Source: a virus | Taxonomy: Duplodnaviria; Caudoviricetes | Virus record (IMG/VR): IMGVR_UViG_3300036792_000158 | Span: 1-57,504 of that record | Direction: 5' to 3' (one strand) | DNA: 57,504 nt | In this document: positions 8,163 to 17,284 of the stretch, one piece after another | Position numbering within the stretch: the stretch's first letter is position 1 | How the letters are laid out: every line of letters starts with the position of its first letter | Translations under genes and position numbers: made by a program | The notes under the pieces: generated by a model | What the model saw: only the letters and a program-made list of their open reading frames with translations | Database searches by the model: none | What the model was told of the DNA's origin: nothing

Positions 8163-9292
8163 GCCGCCATCTCCCCGAGCAGCTGGCTGTTGAAGTCGTC
8201 GAATCGATCCGGCGGGAAGATCGCGTCGGCTTCGAGCCCGTGCCGGCGCCACCACCAGGCGGCATAGCGGGCGACGATCTGGCCGGTCTCGCCGTTGTCG
8301 CCGTAGATCAGCAGGTGATTGACCTCTGGCGGGATCCAGATGCTCGGTGCCCTCTCCTCGACCCGGGCGACGGGCACGCCCGCCGGCGGCTTCACAGGCG
8401 CGAACCACAGCCGCGGGCGCTGACCTGGCGGCGTGCGCTCGCGCCAGTGCGCCGGGAACCCCAAGCGAGCGGTGCCGCAGACCGCCCAGGTCGGCACGCC
8501 CAGGTTCAGCTCCATCGTGGCGGCGGCCGTCTCGACGCCTTCGGCCAGGCCGAGCAAGGGCCCGGCCGGGCGCAGCCGCACCGCACCGTCACCTAGATCG
8601 CCGAGCGACTTTTTCCGGGTGCTGACGGGCGCGCGGCTGTCGGCTGTGCCGGCGAACCATTTGTCCGACACCCATATGCGCTGGATCGCGATGATCTCGC
8701 CCTTGCTCGACGCGATCGGCGCCACCAGCGCCGGGAATTCGCGGCCCCGATACCAGCGGCCATCCTTTCGAGACTGCCACCGGCGCCAGCCGTCTTGTTC
8801 CTCTCGCGGCCCGTCGGCCGGCTCGGCATAGGGCAGTGCCTCGTGCGCGAACAATTCCAGCTTGTCGATCTGCCTTTGGCGAATCCCGCGCGAAATGAGA
8901 TAGAGGCGCCCGGGGCTCCAACTGGCGATCGGCACGCATTGATCGAGGATCCGGCGGATGTTCTCGCTGTGATCAATCTCCCGCTGCCGCGGTGCAGCGG
9001 CAGTCGCCGCCTCGTCCTTCGGCTTCAACTGGGGCAGACCCAGCAGCTCTTGTACGGCCTCGAGGAAATCGAGCCCGCGAACGGCCATCACATAGTCGAT
9101 CGCCGTGCCGTGGGCGCCGCAGCCGTGGCAGTGATAGAAGCCCTTGTCGACGACGATGGCGAACGAGGGCGTTTTCTCGTTGTGGAAGGGGCAGAGCCCG
9201 ACCAGCTCGCGGCCCTTCCGGCGCATCGGCACGTCGGCGGCAATTACGTCCCAACGCGTTCTGGCGCGTTCCAGATCGGACTCGGCGTACAT
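8159..9292 (-). CDS. DNA primase (CHC2 Zn finger plus Toprim)
   Basis: CPFHNEKTPSF..CHGC; AEGVETA; YGDNG; DDFN. Confidence 0.88.
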   Translation of the reverse strand: MYAESDLERARTRWDVIAADVPMRRKGRELVGLCPFHNEKTPSFAIVVDKGFYHCHGCGAHGTAIDYVMAVRGLDFLEAVQELLGLPQLKPKDEAATAAAPRQREIDHSENIRRILDQCVPIASWSPGRLYLISRGIRQRQIDKLELFAHEALPYAEPADGPREEQDGWRRWQSRKDGRWYRGREFPALVAPIASSKGEIIAIQRIWVSDKWFAGTADSRAPVSTRKKSLGDLGDGAVRLRPAGPLLGLAEGVETAAATMELNLGVPTWAVCGTARLGFPAHWRERTPPGQRPRLWFAPVKPPAGVPVARVEERAPSIWIPPEVNHLLIYGDNGETGQIVARYAAWWWRRHGLEADAIFPPDRFDDFNSQLLGEMAA

Positions 9293-9546
9293 CACGCCAT
9301 CTCCCGAACAAGCGCGCGAGCGCGAGCGACGGTCTCTTTCGGCTTGGCGCCGCAGCCGACACAGGCATCGCCGCAATACGCGGGCGGGCCCTGTTCGACC
9401 CAGCACCGATCGCCGCCGTGACAGCCGGCCGGCGTACACATGGCGCGCAGCGGGCGCAGCTGGGCGAAGCGCTCGATTTGGGCTTCGCTGTAATGCTGGG
9501 ATGGGCCGAATAGCGGCGCGTTGCCGCCGTATCGCCGCGATCTCAT
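9292..9546 (-). CDS. Cys-rich hypothetical protein
   Basis: Stop overlaps the primase start. Confidence 0.5.
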   Translation of the reverse strand: MRSRRYGGNAPLFGPSQHYSEAQIERFAQLRPLRAMCTPAGCHGGDRCWVEQGPPAYCGDACVGCGAKPKETVARARALVREMA

Positions 9547-9654
9547 CGGCGATCTCCCGACGGGGCTATTTCAGCGCGCCGTTCCCAGCCCTTGTGCCTC
9601 TGCTCCGAAAAATCACCAGCTTTTGATCGCGCACGGTTGAATTTTTCGGCTGGA

Positions 9655-10287
9655 TCATATAAGTGATGGTTGCCGACCATGATTTGACGAGCCCTCGTCA
9701 TTGTGGTTCAGAGGCGCCGGGGTAGCAGCCGGCGCCTCTTTCTTTTGCGGAAGGAACAGCCTGCCGTCACCGCGCAGAGACGACGCGCGCGGGTTCAGCT
9801 TCGCCTCTGCCATCGCCCACAGCGCCAGCGCATCGGCGGCATTGTCATCGCCGCCGACATCCCAGCCGTAGGCCCGGCACATCTCGACCGTCGCGGCCTT
9901 TTTCGCGTCGCGGCCGCCGTGTCGAGCCGACCCGGTAAAGAACTTCGTGATCTCCGAGGGGCGCGACTCGCAGCACTCGATTCGCAACTCGAAGGCGATC
10001 GCCTCGACGATCCCCACCATCGCCAGCAGCCGGCGCAGCACCAGCGCGTTCATCGGCGGGCCGGTGCGTTTGCCGGGATGCGGGATGTAGGGCGACTCGA
10101 ACACGATCAGGCGGGGTTTCAGCTCGAAGCATCGGGCATTGAGCCAGTGGCGGAATTTCGCGATGACCTCGCCATTGCCACCGCGACCGCTGAAATCCCG
10201 CGCGCCCCATTGCAGGAGCGGCGGGTTCGCACCGGCCGGGCCGTGGGCCCAGCCGGTGACGGTCGCGGTGTCGAGGGCGAGGATCAT
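9655..10287 (-). CDS. RuvC-like Holliday junction resolvase
   Basis: ILALD..TGWA, VFE, K..T, DDNAADALALW. Confidence 0.82.
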   Translation of the reverse strand: MILALDTATVTGWAHGPAGANPPLLQWGARDFSGRGGNGEVIAKFRHWLNARCFELKPRLIVFESPYIPHPGKRTGPPMNALVLRRLLAMVGIVEAIAFELRIECCESRPSEITKFFTGSARHGGRDAKKAATVEMCRAYGWDVGGDDNAADALALWAMAEAKLNPRASSLRGDGRLFLPQKKEAPAATPAPLNHNDEGSSNHGRQPSLI

Positions 10288-10298
10288 CGCTGGGGCGA

Positions 10299-10784
10299 TT
10301 ACGCGCCGGTGGTGGTGCCGCCGCCGCCGGTGCCGCCGCCGCCCGCCGCTGGCGTGTTTGCGACCACCGCCTGCGACAGCGAAGTGCTGTTCGCGTCGAT
10401 GCCGTCGGCGAGCTGTTGCAGCTGATCCGCCGTCACGGTGCCCGCCGCGGCCATATCCCGAAGTTCCTGGGACAGCTCGCTCAGCAGCGTATTGTTGCTT
10501 TGGATCACCGTCGTCTGCGCGGCGACCTTGCTCTGAAGCGTCTGGAAATCCATCGTCATCGTCTGCTCCAATTGTCTGAGCATCCTTTGCGTCTCCCCTT
10601 CATCCGGGCGGCGACGCTCGCTTTCCGCTGCGGAGGGAGTCGGTGGTGTGGGATCGGCCGGAAGCGAATATCCGGCCGCGGCCAGAGCCTCGATCACGCG
10701 ATCGGCGCGAAGCCGGCACCAGCCGGGCATCGAGTGTTGCGGCGCATCCCAAATGGCCGCGGCGATGATGTCGCGCAGTGGCAT
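10299..10784 (-). CDS. Hypothetical coiled-coil protein
   Basis: Helical C-half with Gly/Thr tail; internal GGAG-ATG at 10559 may be a start. Confidence 0.55.
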   Translation of the reverse strand: MPLRDIIAAAIWDAPQHSMPGWCRLRADRVIEALAAAGYSLPADPTPPTPSAAESERRRPDEGETQRMLRQLEQTMTMDFQTLQSKVAAQTTVIQSNNTLLSELSQELRDMAAAGTVTADQLQQLADGIDANSTSLSQAVVANTPAAGGGGTGGGGTTTGA

Positions 10785-11272
10785 CAGGCGCGCTTCCTTC
10801 TCTTTTGTGCCTTGCGGCTAAGCTCGATCGCCTGCTGGACTGTCACGCTGTCGTCCGGCATGAACGGGAACAGGAATTGATTTTTGATGCGCTGATCGCG
10901 AATGCGCACATTGGTTCGTCTGACGAGCGCGACTTTCGTTTCGACATAGGCGGTCAGATCAGACCTGACCGCGTTGGCGTATTTGATGATCGGCTTTGGT
11001 CCGAGGTCAGAATGTCCGCTGATGTAGGCGGGCGCCGGCAGGCCCGGCAAATCCAGTTGTGACTTTGGCCCTTCGCCGGTCTCCTCTGGATCAAGAATGC
11101 GACGCGTCGCATCGGCGAGCGCGCGAAGATGCCCACGATCTGCCGCGGCGTCCTCGTCTTGGCGAAGTTCTTCGGGGTATAGCTCGCGCGCTACGGCCAG
11201 AATATCCCGCGGCGCGGCTCGACCGCGATCAGTCGCCACGTCGATGCAGTGAAACCATTTAACGGCTTCCAC
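10784..11272 (-). CDS. Hypothetical protein
   Basis: 162 aa, overlaps both neighbours in the operon. Confidence 0.65.
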   Translation of the reverse strand: MEAVKWFHCIDVATDRGRAAPRDILAVARELYPEELRQDEDAAADRGHLRALADATRRILDPEETGEGPKSQLDLPGLPAPAYISGHSDLGPKPIIKYANAVRSDLTAYVETKVALVRRTNVRIRDQRIKNQFLFPFMPDDSVTVQQAIELSRKAQKRRKRA

Positions 11273-12131
11273 GATGAGCCTCCCACAGTCGGGTAAAGTC
11301 CAGAAACCACGCCGCCGCCGCGTCGAAGCTTTTGTCGATCAGCTCGTCGAGATAGCGGCCGGAACCATCGTGTGACGGCAGCGAGGCGATGTAGTCGGCT
11401 GGTGAAATTTCGACAGTGCCGAGCGCCTCGATCGCCTCAATGACCTGGAAATAGACGTTGGTCTGAGCCGCGGCGGCGCGTTCTTCTTCGATGCTACGGC
11501 CGTCGTATATTTTCCCGTCACGAGCCACCACGCCGCGCCCACTCTCCCTCGCAAGCTTCCGCGCGGCGGCCGCCGTCGGGCGTTTCACCAGCTCGCGCTG
11601 CTCCGGTTCCGGCTTGCGTGCTATCTCGGCGGCAGCGCTGACTGCGATCTCACCGCGCTCGACGGCCCCGCCCAGCTCGGGGACGCCGTGCCGCTGCACC
11701 ACCGCTGCGTTTCGGACAGAACGATCACTCACCGAGAGCATTTGCGCCGCGCCGGCTTGCGACACTTTCGGCAAATCTGCCGAAGGTTGAAGGTCCGTGC
11801 GCTCGCCCTGCCGCATGGTGGCGATCCGCGCCGCGACCATCGCCCGCTGGCTCTCGTCGAGATGACGCCGCCGCAGATTTCGCGAGATGACAAAATCGAG
11901 TGGATCGCCGTCGCTGAAAGGCGCGAACCGTGGCGCCACTTCTGCGATCAAGCACGCGCGATAGCGGTTGCGCCCATCGAGAATTTTGCCGTCGAGTAAC
12001 ACGATCTCATCGCGCAACCCTTTCGCGGCAATGTCGTCTGCCAGCTCGATCAATTCTCGCTCTGATAGCAGCGGGAAAATGCTGGCGAGCGGGTGATCGT
12101 CGAGAACGATCAGGCGGCCATCGTCGGGCAT
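11259..12131 (-). CDS. ParB/Spo0J-like N-terminal domain plus HTH protein
   Basis: HPLASIFP, ILDGRNRYRAC, NLRRRHL, QGERTDL, SQAGAAQMLSVSDRSV. Confidence 0.85.
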   Translation of the reverse strand: MPDDGRLIVLDDHPLASIFPLLSERELIELADDIAAKGLRDEIVLLDGKILDGRNRYRACLIAEVAPRFAPFSDGDPLDFVISRNLRRRHLDESQRAMVAARIATMRQGERTDLQPSADLPKVSQAGAAQMLSVSDRSVRNAAVVQRHGVPELGGAVERGEIAVSAAAEIARKPEPEQRELVKRPTAAAARKLARESGRGVVARDGKIYDGRSIEEERAAAAQTNVYFQVIEAIEALGTVEISPADYIASLPSHDGSGRYLDELIDKSFDAAAAWFLDFTRLWEAHRGSR

Positions 12132-12478
12132 CAGGCCGCCTCCTCTCTCGCGGTGGCGTGCGGCGACATCGACCGGCTGCCGAACCAAACCCCGTCGGGT
12201 CGCACGCGGAAGCGATAGCGCCAGTCTTTGATCACCTGCCGCACGTCGCGGCCTTGGCTCCGGGCGACAGCCCTGGCACACGCCAGGGCGCCGATGCAGT
12301 GGCCGCACTCCGCGCGGAGCTGATTGCAGCGGTGACACGATGGCCGCAGGTTCGACGGGTCATCGTCACCCAGCATCGCCTTCGGCAGAATGTGATCGCG
12401 GGTCCGCGTCGCGTCTTTGTGAGCGCGCCGCCTATTCGGGCGGCTCATGCGGCGCCGGCAGTAGGCGCATCGCATCAA
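12131..12478 (-). CDS. HNH endonuclease
   Basis: CAYC..TRDHILPK..NLRPSCHRCN. Confidence 0.85.
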   Translation of the reverse strand: MMRCAYCRRRMSRPNRRRAHKDATRTRDHILPKAMLGDDDPSNLRPSCHRCNQLRAECGHCIGALACARAVARSQGRDVRQVIKDWRYRFRVRPDGVWFGSRSMSPHATAREEAA

Positions 12479-13110
12479 TGCACCTGCTGATTGTCGCCGC
12501 TCCCACCGGCTTCACCCGCCGCAGCGGCAGGCTCGCGGCTCTTCTTGCCCGACCCGCGCGGCCGACCGCGCGGCCGCCCGCCGTTGGCGCCGGCGGCTCG
12601 GGCCGCCTCGGCGGCGCCGGGCGTCTTCGCCGTGCTGGCAGCGATCTCGGCCTGGCCGCGCAGCCAGGCGGTGTCCCAGCGGGTGTAAGCCTCGGTGCCC
12701 GGCGTGTAGGAATTGCTGTCGCGCCGGCGCCCGCCCTTCCCGGCCTCGAACCCTTCGTTGTCGATGCGCTTCAGCTCGTGGATGTTCAGCGCGGCCACGC
12801 CGGGCTCGTCCGTCTCCAAATCCATCGACGCCTGGAAGCCGACCGGCTTGTGCCGCCAGGCCATCATGCGCCGATACCAGGTCTCCTCGTGCTCGCGGAT
12901 CTCGCCCGACTTCTCGGAATCCTTCCGGGTGCGGTCGAACGCGGCGAGCGGGATGCCGGCGGCCTTGATCGACGCGCGCAGGTTCTTGCGGGCGTCGACG
13001 GCCGCCCGAACCTCGTTATCGGCGTCGGCGTAGCGGTCGAGAAATTCGAGATACGTCGCCTGCGTTACGTTGGAGCCCGGCATCTGCCGGCTCGCCAATG
13101 CGTCGGCCAT
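12475..13110 (-). CDS. GapR(DUF2312)-like protein with Rmf/CrpP-like motif and AT-hook-like tail
   Basis: RKNLRASIKAAGI helix pattern; GFEAG..NSYTPG..WDTAWLRG; GRPRGRPRG. Confidence 0.6.
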   Translation of the reverse strand: MADALASRQMPGSNVTQATYLEFLDRYADADNEVRAAVDARKNLRASIKAAGIPLAAFDRTRKDSEKSGEIREHEETWYRRMMAWRHKPVGFQASMDLETDEPGVAALNIHELKRIDNEGFEAGKGGRRRDSNSYTPGTEAYTRWDTAWLRGQAEIAASTAKTPGAAEAARAAGANGGRPRGRPRGSGKKSREPAAAAGEAGGSGDNQQVH

Positions 13111-13140
13111 ATGAGCCCTCCCGTGGGTGGGCCGACGTCA

Positions 13141-13413
13141 TCAAGCACCCGCAGAGCGATCGGCGTCGCCCGGCGGACTCCATTGGATGATGGCGTCGGC
13201 TTTGATTTTGTTTCCGGCCGCCTTGAGCAGCTTTCGCGTCATGGCGAGCGAAGGTTTCAGCGTGCCAGCCTCGATTCGGCTGATCGTGCTGGTCGTTACG
13301 CCTGCCCGGCGCGCCAGCTCGGCCATTCTCATGTCGTTGTTTTTCCGCCGAAAGGTGGTCAGCGGGTGCTCGCCTGCGAGGGGTTGGCCGGGCTTTTCCG
13401 AGCGGTCGGGCAT
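13141..13413 (-). CDS. Cro-like XRE HTH regulator
   Basis: MAELARRAGVTTSTISRIEAG..PS; divergent from the CI-like gene; start uncertain. Confidence 0.8.
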   Translation of the reverse strand: MPDRSEKPGQPLAGEHPLTTFRRKNNDMRMAELARRAGVTTSTISRIEAGTLKPSLAMTRKLLKAAGNKIKADAIIQWSPPGDADRSAGA

Positions 13414-13422
13414 GGCCGCGAG

Positions 13423-13516
13423 GTTGCTATCCATGAAATGACGAGTCAAGCGTCATTGCATCAGAAGAAACGAGTCCTCGAAAAATCGTTTGACAACTCG
13501 TTGCGTGCCGCGCAAC
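13423..13516. promoter_or_regulatory. Divergent switch promoters with three 17-bp operators
   Basis: TTGACT (minus 13449-13444), TTGACA (plus 13490); sites 13423-13439, 13455-13471, 13500-13516. Confidence 0.75.
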
Positions 13517-13546
13517 ACACGGGCGGGGAACTCGCGGCAATGGGCA

Positions 13547-13873
13547 ATGAAGCGCTTTAAGAAATCGGGCACCCCGCTGCCTCACTACATGCGGGCATGG
13601 CGCGAGGCCCGAGGCATCTCGCTAGACGAGATGACGCGCCGGATCGGGCTCTCGAAACCGTCGCTCAGCCGGATCGAGAACGGCAAAACGCCGTACTATC
13701 AGGACGTGCTTGAAGCTTACGCCGAAGTATTAGATTGCACACCCGGCGATCTATTGACACGCAAGCCCACCGACCCGGAAGAACTGTGGGCGGTCTGGGA
13801 TACGCTGCGGGAGGAGGCCAAGCCCGTAGGGATTCGCCTGCTGAAAGCGCTGGCGGCAAACGGCACCGGATAG
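13547..13873 (+). CDS. CI-like XRE repressor without S24 peptidase domain
   Basis: AWREARGISLDEM..LSRIENG..LDCTPGDLL; 108 aa. Confidence 0.82.
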   Translation: MKRFKKSGTPLPHYMRAWREARGISLDEMTRRIGLSKPSLSRIENGKTPYYQDVLEAYAEVLDCTPGDLLTRKPTDPEELWAVWDTLREEAKPVGIRLLKALAANGTG

Positions 13874-13918
13874 GGCCGCCGAAACCCCTCAAATTCTACG
13901 ATATTTTTTCGCCGAACG

Positions 13919-13935
13919 GTTGCATCGTGAGAAAC
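13919..13935. promoter_or_regulatory. 17-bp operator-like site
   Basis: GTTGCATCGTGAGAAAC. Confidence 0.6.
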
Positions 13936-13996
13936 GATCAGCGTAGCGTGAGGCGCCCCGAAAGGGCCAAAGAACCGCAAGCGAGGGAGCGCCCCC

Positions 13997-14287
13997 ATGT
14001 CCACCGCCGACGTCGCCGAGGCTCGTTTCGACGCAATCCCGGGGCAAGGATTGGGCCCCCTGCCAGCGCATCTGCGTCGCGTCCGGGATCTGGTCGCCTT
14101 CGCCGATCGCATCCCCGAGCATCGGGTAATGTCTGCCATCAGCGAATATGGCCGGCGCCTCGGTGATCTGCCCGCCGAAGGGGTCGAGAATCAACGGGCG
14201 CGTTATCTCGTCGTGATCGGCGCGCTTGTAAATCGGGCCATGTTTGAGCTGCTGCAGCTCCCCCGAGACGCCAATCATGTTCTCTGA
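13997..14287 (+). CDS. Hypothetical protein
   Basis: GAGGGAG RBS; 96 aa. Confidence 0.65.
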   Translation: MSTADVAEARFDAIPGQGLGPLPAHLRRVRDLVAFADRIPEHRVMSAISEYGRRLGDLPAEGVENQRARYLVVIGALVNRAMFELLQLPRDANHVL

Positions 14288-14291
14288 TTGA

Positions 14292-14341
14292 TTTTCGTTG
14301 GGTGCAACGACGGGGCTTGACATCGTTTCCTCTGACGCAAC
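14292..14341 (+). promoter_or_regulatory. xis-int promoter with two operator-like sites
   Basis: TTGACA 14317; TTTTCGTTGGGTGCAAC 14292-14308; GTTTCCTCTGACGCAAC 14325-14341. Confidence 0.7.
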
Positions 14342-14380
14342 AACATCGGGCTCTCTCCGTCCCCCACGGCAGAGCTGCGA

Positions 14381-14692
14381 ATGCCCGATACGATCGAAGA
14401 CATCGCCCCCCGCTGCGCCAGCAGCGCGCTCCCGTCGAGCCTGCCGCCGCGCGGTCTGTCGCGGCTGCAGGCGGCGGAATACATCGGCGTCGGAGTGACG
14501 AAATTCGATGAGATGGTCGCCGACGGCCGGATGCCGAAGCCGAAGCGGATCGACGGCCCGACCCGCGATGCGCCGAGGCGCACCGGCCGCGTGATCTGGG
14601 ATAGGGTGCAGCTCGACGAGGCGTTCTCGCTGCTAGATCAAGATCCCGAGGTCGAGACCGCGTCGGGCGGCAATAAGTGGGACAAGCTATGA
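14381..14692 (+). CDS. Excisionase / AlpA-like recombination directionality factor
   Basis: PRGLSRLQAAEYIGVG..FDEMV..GRMPKP..RVIWD; overlaps the integrase start. Confidence 0.8.
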   Translation: MPDTIEDIAPRCASSALPSSLPPRGLSRLQAAEYIGVGVTKFDEMVADGRMPKPKRIDGPTRDAPRRTGRVIWDRVQLDEAFSLLDQDPEVETASGGNKWDKL

Positions 14693-15936
14693 AGGTGCGC
14701 CTGGCCGACGGCAGCGGCACCCGCGAATATCGGTATCTGTGGGCCGACGTCGACCGCTGGGGCAACGAGCGCGTCTACTTCAAGCGCAAGGGCAAGGCCA
14801 AGGTCCGGTTGCAGGCGAAGCCCGGCACGGCCGAATTCGACGACGAATACAACGCGATCTTCGCCGGCGCGCCGATCGTGAAGCGAGCGCCTCAAACGAG
14901 AGCGCAAAAAGTTACGTGCCCGCAATCGCTTTGCTGGCTTGCCCAGCAGTATTACGCGTCGGCGCCGTTTCTCGCGCTCGACGCCAGCACGCGCAAAGTC
15001 CGCCGCGCCATTCTCGACGGCATCTGTGATCTGACGATCGAAGGCGAGCGCGTCGGCGACTTCCCTTACGCCCAGATGCGGCCGCGAGACGTGGCGAAGC
15101 TGCGCGATCAGAAGGCCGATTTCCCCGAGGCGGCGAACGGCCGGGTGAAGGCGCTGCGGGCGCTGTTCCGTTGGGCCACGTCCCCGGAATACGGCCATGC
15201 CGAAAGCAACCCTGCGCGCGAGGTTGCCTATCTTGCCTCCAACAACCCCGACGGCTTCCGCACGTGGTCGATCGAAGAAATCGAGCAATTCGAACGGCAC
15301 CACCCGATCGGCAGCAAGCCGCGGCTCGCCCTCGATCTGCTGCTGCTGAGCGGCGTCCGACGCAGCGACGTGATCCGCCTGGGCCCGCAAATGGAGCGCT
15401 GGGCCATCGAGCGGCTCGACGACGGCACCACCGTCCGCGTGCAGAAGCTCATCTTCTCCGAATTCAAGGGCCGCCGGCGCATCGAGAAAAAGCACGAGCT
15501 GCCGATCCTGTCGCGCCTGCGCGCCTCGATCGACGCCACGCCGTCGGGGCAGCTCAACTACCTTGTGACCGAGCGCGGCCAGCCCTACACCCGCGCCGGG
15601 TTCGGGAATTGGTTCGCCCGCCAGTGCCGTCTCGCCGGCCTCACGGGTCTATCGGCGCATGGGCTCCGCAAGGCCGGGGCGACGATCGCCGCCGAGCTTG
15701 GCGCGACCGAGGCGCAGCTGATGGCGCTCTACGGCTGGGAGTCGACGAAGCAGGCCGGCATCTATACGAAGCGCGCCCGCCGGCAGCGGCTCGAAGCCGA
15801 GGCATCCCATCTGTTGCAGGGACAGCAACGGCCGTCGGGCTCGATCAGCGGCCGTTTTGGACGGAGCGAGAACGAAACACTCCCACCTGGACAGGCAGTG
15901 TCTTCCGGTGGGAGTTTCAGGGGAAAAAAGCGATGA
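14689..15936 (+). CDS. int: Tyrosine integrase
   Basis: SGVRRSD (R), HGLRK (HxxR), YGW, IYT (Y). Confidence 0.95.
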   Translation: MKVRLADGSGTREYRYLWADVDRWGNERVYFKRKGKAKVRLQAKPGTAEFDDEYNAIFAGAPIVKRAPQTRAQKVTCPQSLCWLAQQYYASAPFLALDASTRKVRRAILDGICDLTIEGERVGDFPYAQMRPRDVAKLRDQKADFPEAANGRVKALRALFRWATSPEYGHAESNPAREVAYLASNNPDGFRTWSIEEIEQFERHHPIGSKPRLALDLLLLSGVRRSDVIRLGPQMERWAIERLDDGTTVRVQKLIFSEFKGRRRIEKKHELPILSRLRASIDATPSGQLNYLVTERGQPYTRAGFGNWFARQCRLAGLTGLSAHGLRKAGATIAAELGATEAQLMALYGWESTKQAGIYTKRARRQRLEAEASHLLQGQQRPSGSISGRFGRSENETLPPGQAVSSGGSFRGKKR

Positions 15937-16070
15937 AATTCAATGGCGTTTTTTGGGAGTGGTGCCCAGGGGCGGAGTTTAGACCTCACGCGAAATCAAC
16001 GCCTTGGGTTTTTGGTGGGAGTGTTGCGGTCTCGCGCAACTCCGCCGATTTCCGCAACGTAGGCTCCCAC
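15879..16070. other. attP: core 15960-15976 with arm-type repeats and an IHF-like site
   Basis: Core TGGTGCCCAGGGGCGGA is the reverse complement of tRNA 3' end TCCGCCCCTGGGCACCA; GTGGGAG repeats at 15879, 15907, 16014, 16064; AATCAACGCCTTG at 15994. Confidence 0.82.
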
Positions 16071-16263
16071 TCGCTTAGCACCCGATTCGACGTCGGCGGG
16101 GGTTGCTTATGATGCAACCGGACACCCGCACCCGCTCGCTCGAACAGTATCTCGCCGAGCTGGTCGAGCAATTCAAAAGCCTTCCGCTAACCTCCCGGCT
16201 GCGCCCGAAGCTGGCGCAGCGTATCCGCCAGGTCGAGGAGGAGATCGACGCGAGGCAGCCGCT

Positions 16264-16611
16264 ATGACCGGCGGCGTCGCGGTGGCCGGGCTGTCGATCG
16301 ACACGGTGATTGTCGGCAGCGGCTATAAGGGCTGGCAGGCGATCCGCGCCGTCAAGATGATGGCGCCCGGCGATCAGGTGCGGCTCGTCCGCGAGCGCGA
16401 TAATCGTCACGACGCCAATGCCGTCGCCTGCCACTACCTCGGCATGCACGTCGGCTATGTGCCGCGGCAGGCGAACCCGCGCGTCGCCGCGGCGATCGAC
16501 GCCGGCGCCGAGGCAATCGCGATCGTGACCCACGCTGCCGGGGTCCACGAGTTCGCCGGCAAAACGAAGATCACCGTCGAGCCGAAGATCAAGATCAGCT
16601 GGGGAGCGTGA
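16264..16611 (+). CDS. HIRAN domain protein
   Basis: LVRERDNRHDANAV..VGYVPR. Confidence 0.85.
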   Translation: MTGGVAVAGLSIDTVIVGSGYKGWQAIRAVKMMAPGDQVRLVRERDNRHDANAVACHYLGMHVGYVPRQANPRVAAAIDAGAEAIAIVTHAAGVHEFAGKTKITVEPKIKISWGA

Positions 16612-17069
16612 CGATGCGGCTCGCGATTGCGACGGCGGCGGCGTTGCGTCTGGTCGAGTGTTTGGAGGCGAGCGACGATCTTCTGGCCGGGCCCGAAATT
16701 TCGCGGCCGCGGCAGACGCGACGCGCCTTCGAGGCGACCGTCGCGGCGCCCGCGTTCTGGACGGGCGCGATCGGCGCGCATCGCCAGCTCTGCCGAATCG
16801 AGGAAGCCGACGGCCAGCCGACGGCGCGTTTGGCCGACCTGCACGCCATCGAGAAACATGCCCACGCGCGCGGCGATCTGCGCTGGCTTCCGGCCTATCG
16901 GCGATGGGCGGTGCGCGGGCTCGCCCTGACGGCGCTAATGCTGACGCTGAATGCGTGCGGCGGCGCGATGGCTCTATCCGCGGCCGGTGGCGCGATCACG
17001 CTGGCGAAGGATGTCGTCGGGCTCGACGTGTCGATCCACCAGCTCGAAGACGCGGAGCGCTGCAAATGA
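16608..17069 (+). CDS. Hypothetical protein with C-terminal hydrophobic segment
   Basis: GTGA overlap; LALTALMLTLNAC. Confidence 0.5.
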   Translation: MTMRLAIATAAALRLVECLEASDDLLAGPEISRPRQTRRAFEATVAAPAFWTGAIGAHRQLCRIEEADGQPTARLADLHAIEKHAHARGDLRWLPAYRRWAVRGLALTALMLTLNACGGAMALSAAGGAITLAKDVVGLDVSIHQLEDAERCK

Positions 17070-17284
17070 CGGAAGCGCAGGCAGCGCGCCGCTCCACGGC
17101 GACGCCGGCGGTGACTATCACGATCCCCTGGCATCTGCGCGGCCGGGTCGCGTCGCTGATCTATGAGGATGTCCGCCAGAACGAAGCCGAAGCGGCCGGC
17201 GCCCGGCGGAACAGCGTGCGGCACCGAAATCTGAACCGGAGGGCTAACGAGCTGCGCGATCTGGCTGACGAGATCGTGCCATGA
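17066..17284 (+). CDS. Hypothetical protein
   Basis: ATGA overlaps at both ends. Confidence 0.55.
   Translation: MTEAQAARRSTATPAVTITIPWHLRGRVASLIYEDVRQNEAEAAGARRNSVRHRNLNRRANELRDLADEIVP

Noticed and set aside
13423-14341. Operators as host LexA or CtrA boxes
   Set aside because: They are palindromic GTTGC-N7-GMAAC, not the GTTC-N7-GTTC direct repeat or TTAA-N7-TTAA.
15960-15976. tRNA gene
   Set aside because: Only the 3' 17 nt are present, so it is an att core.
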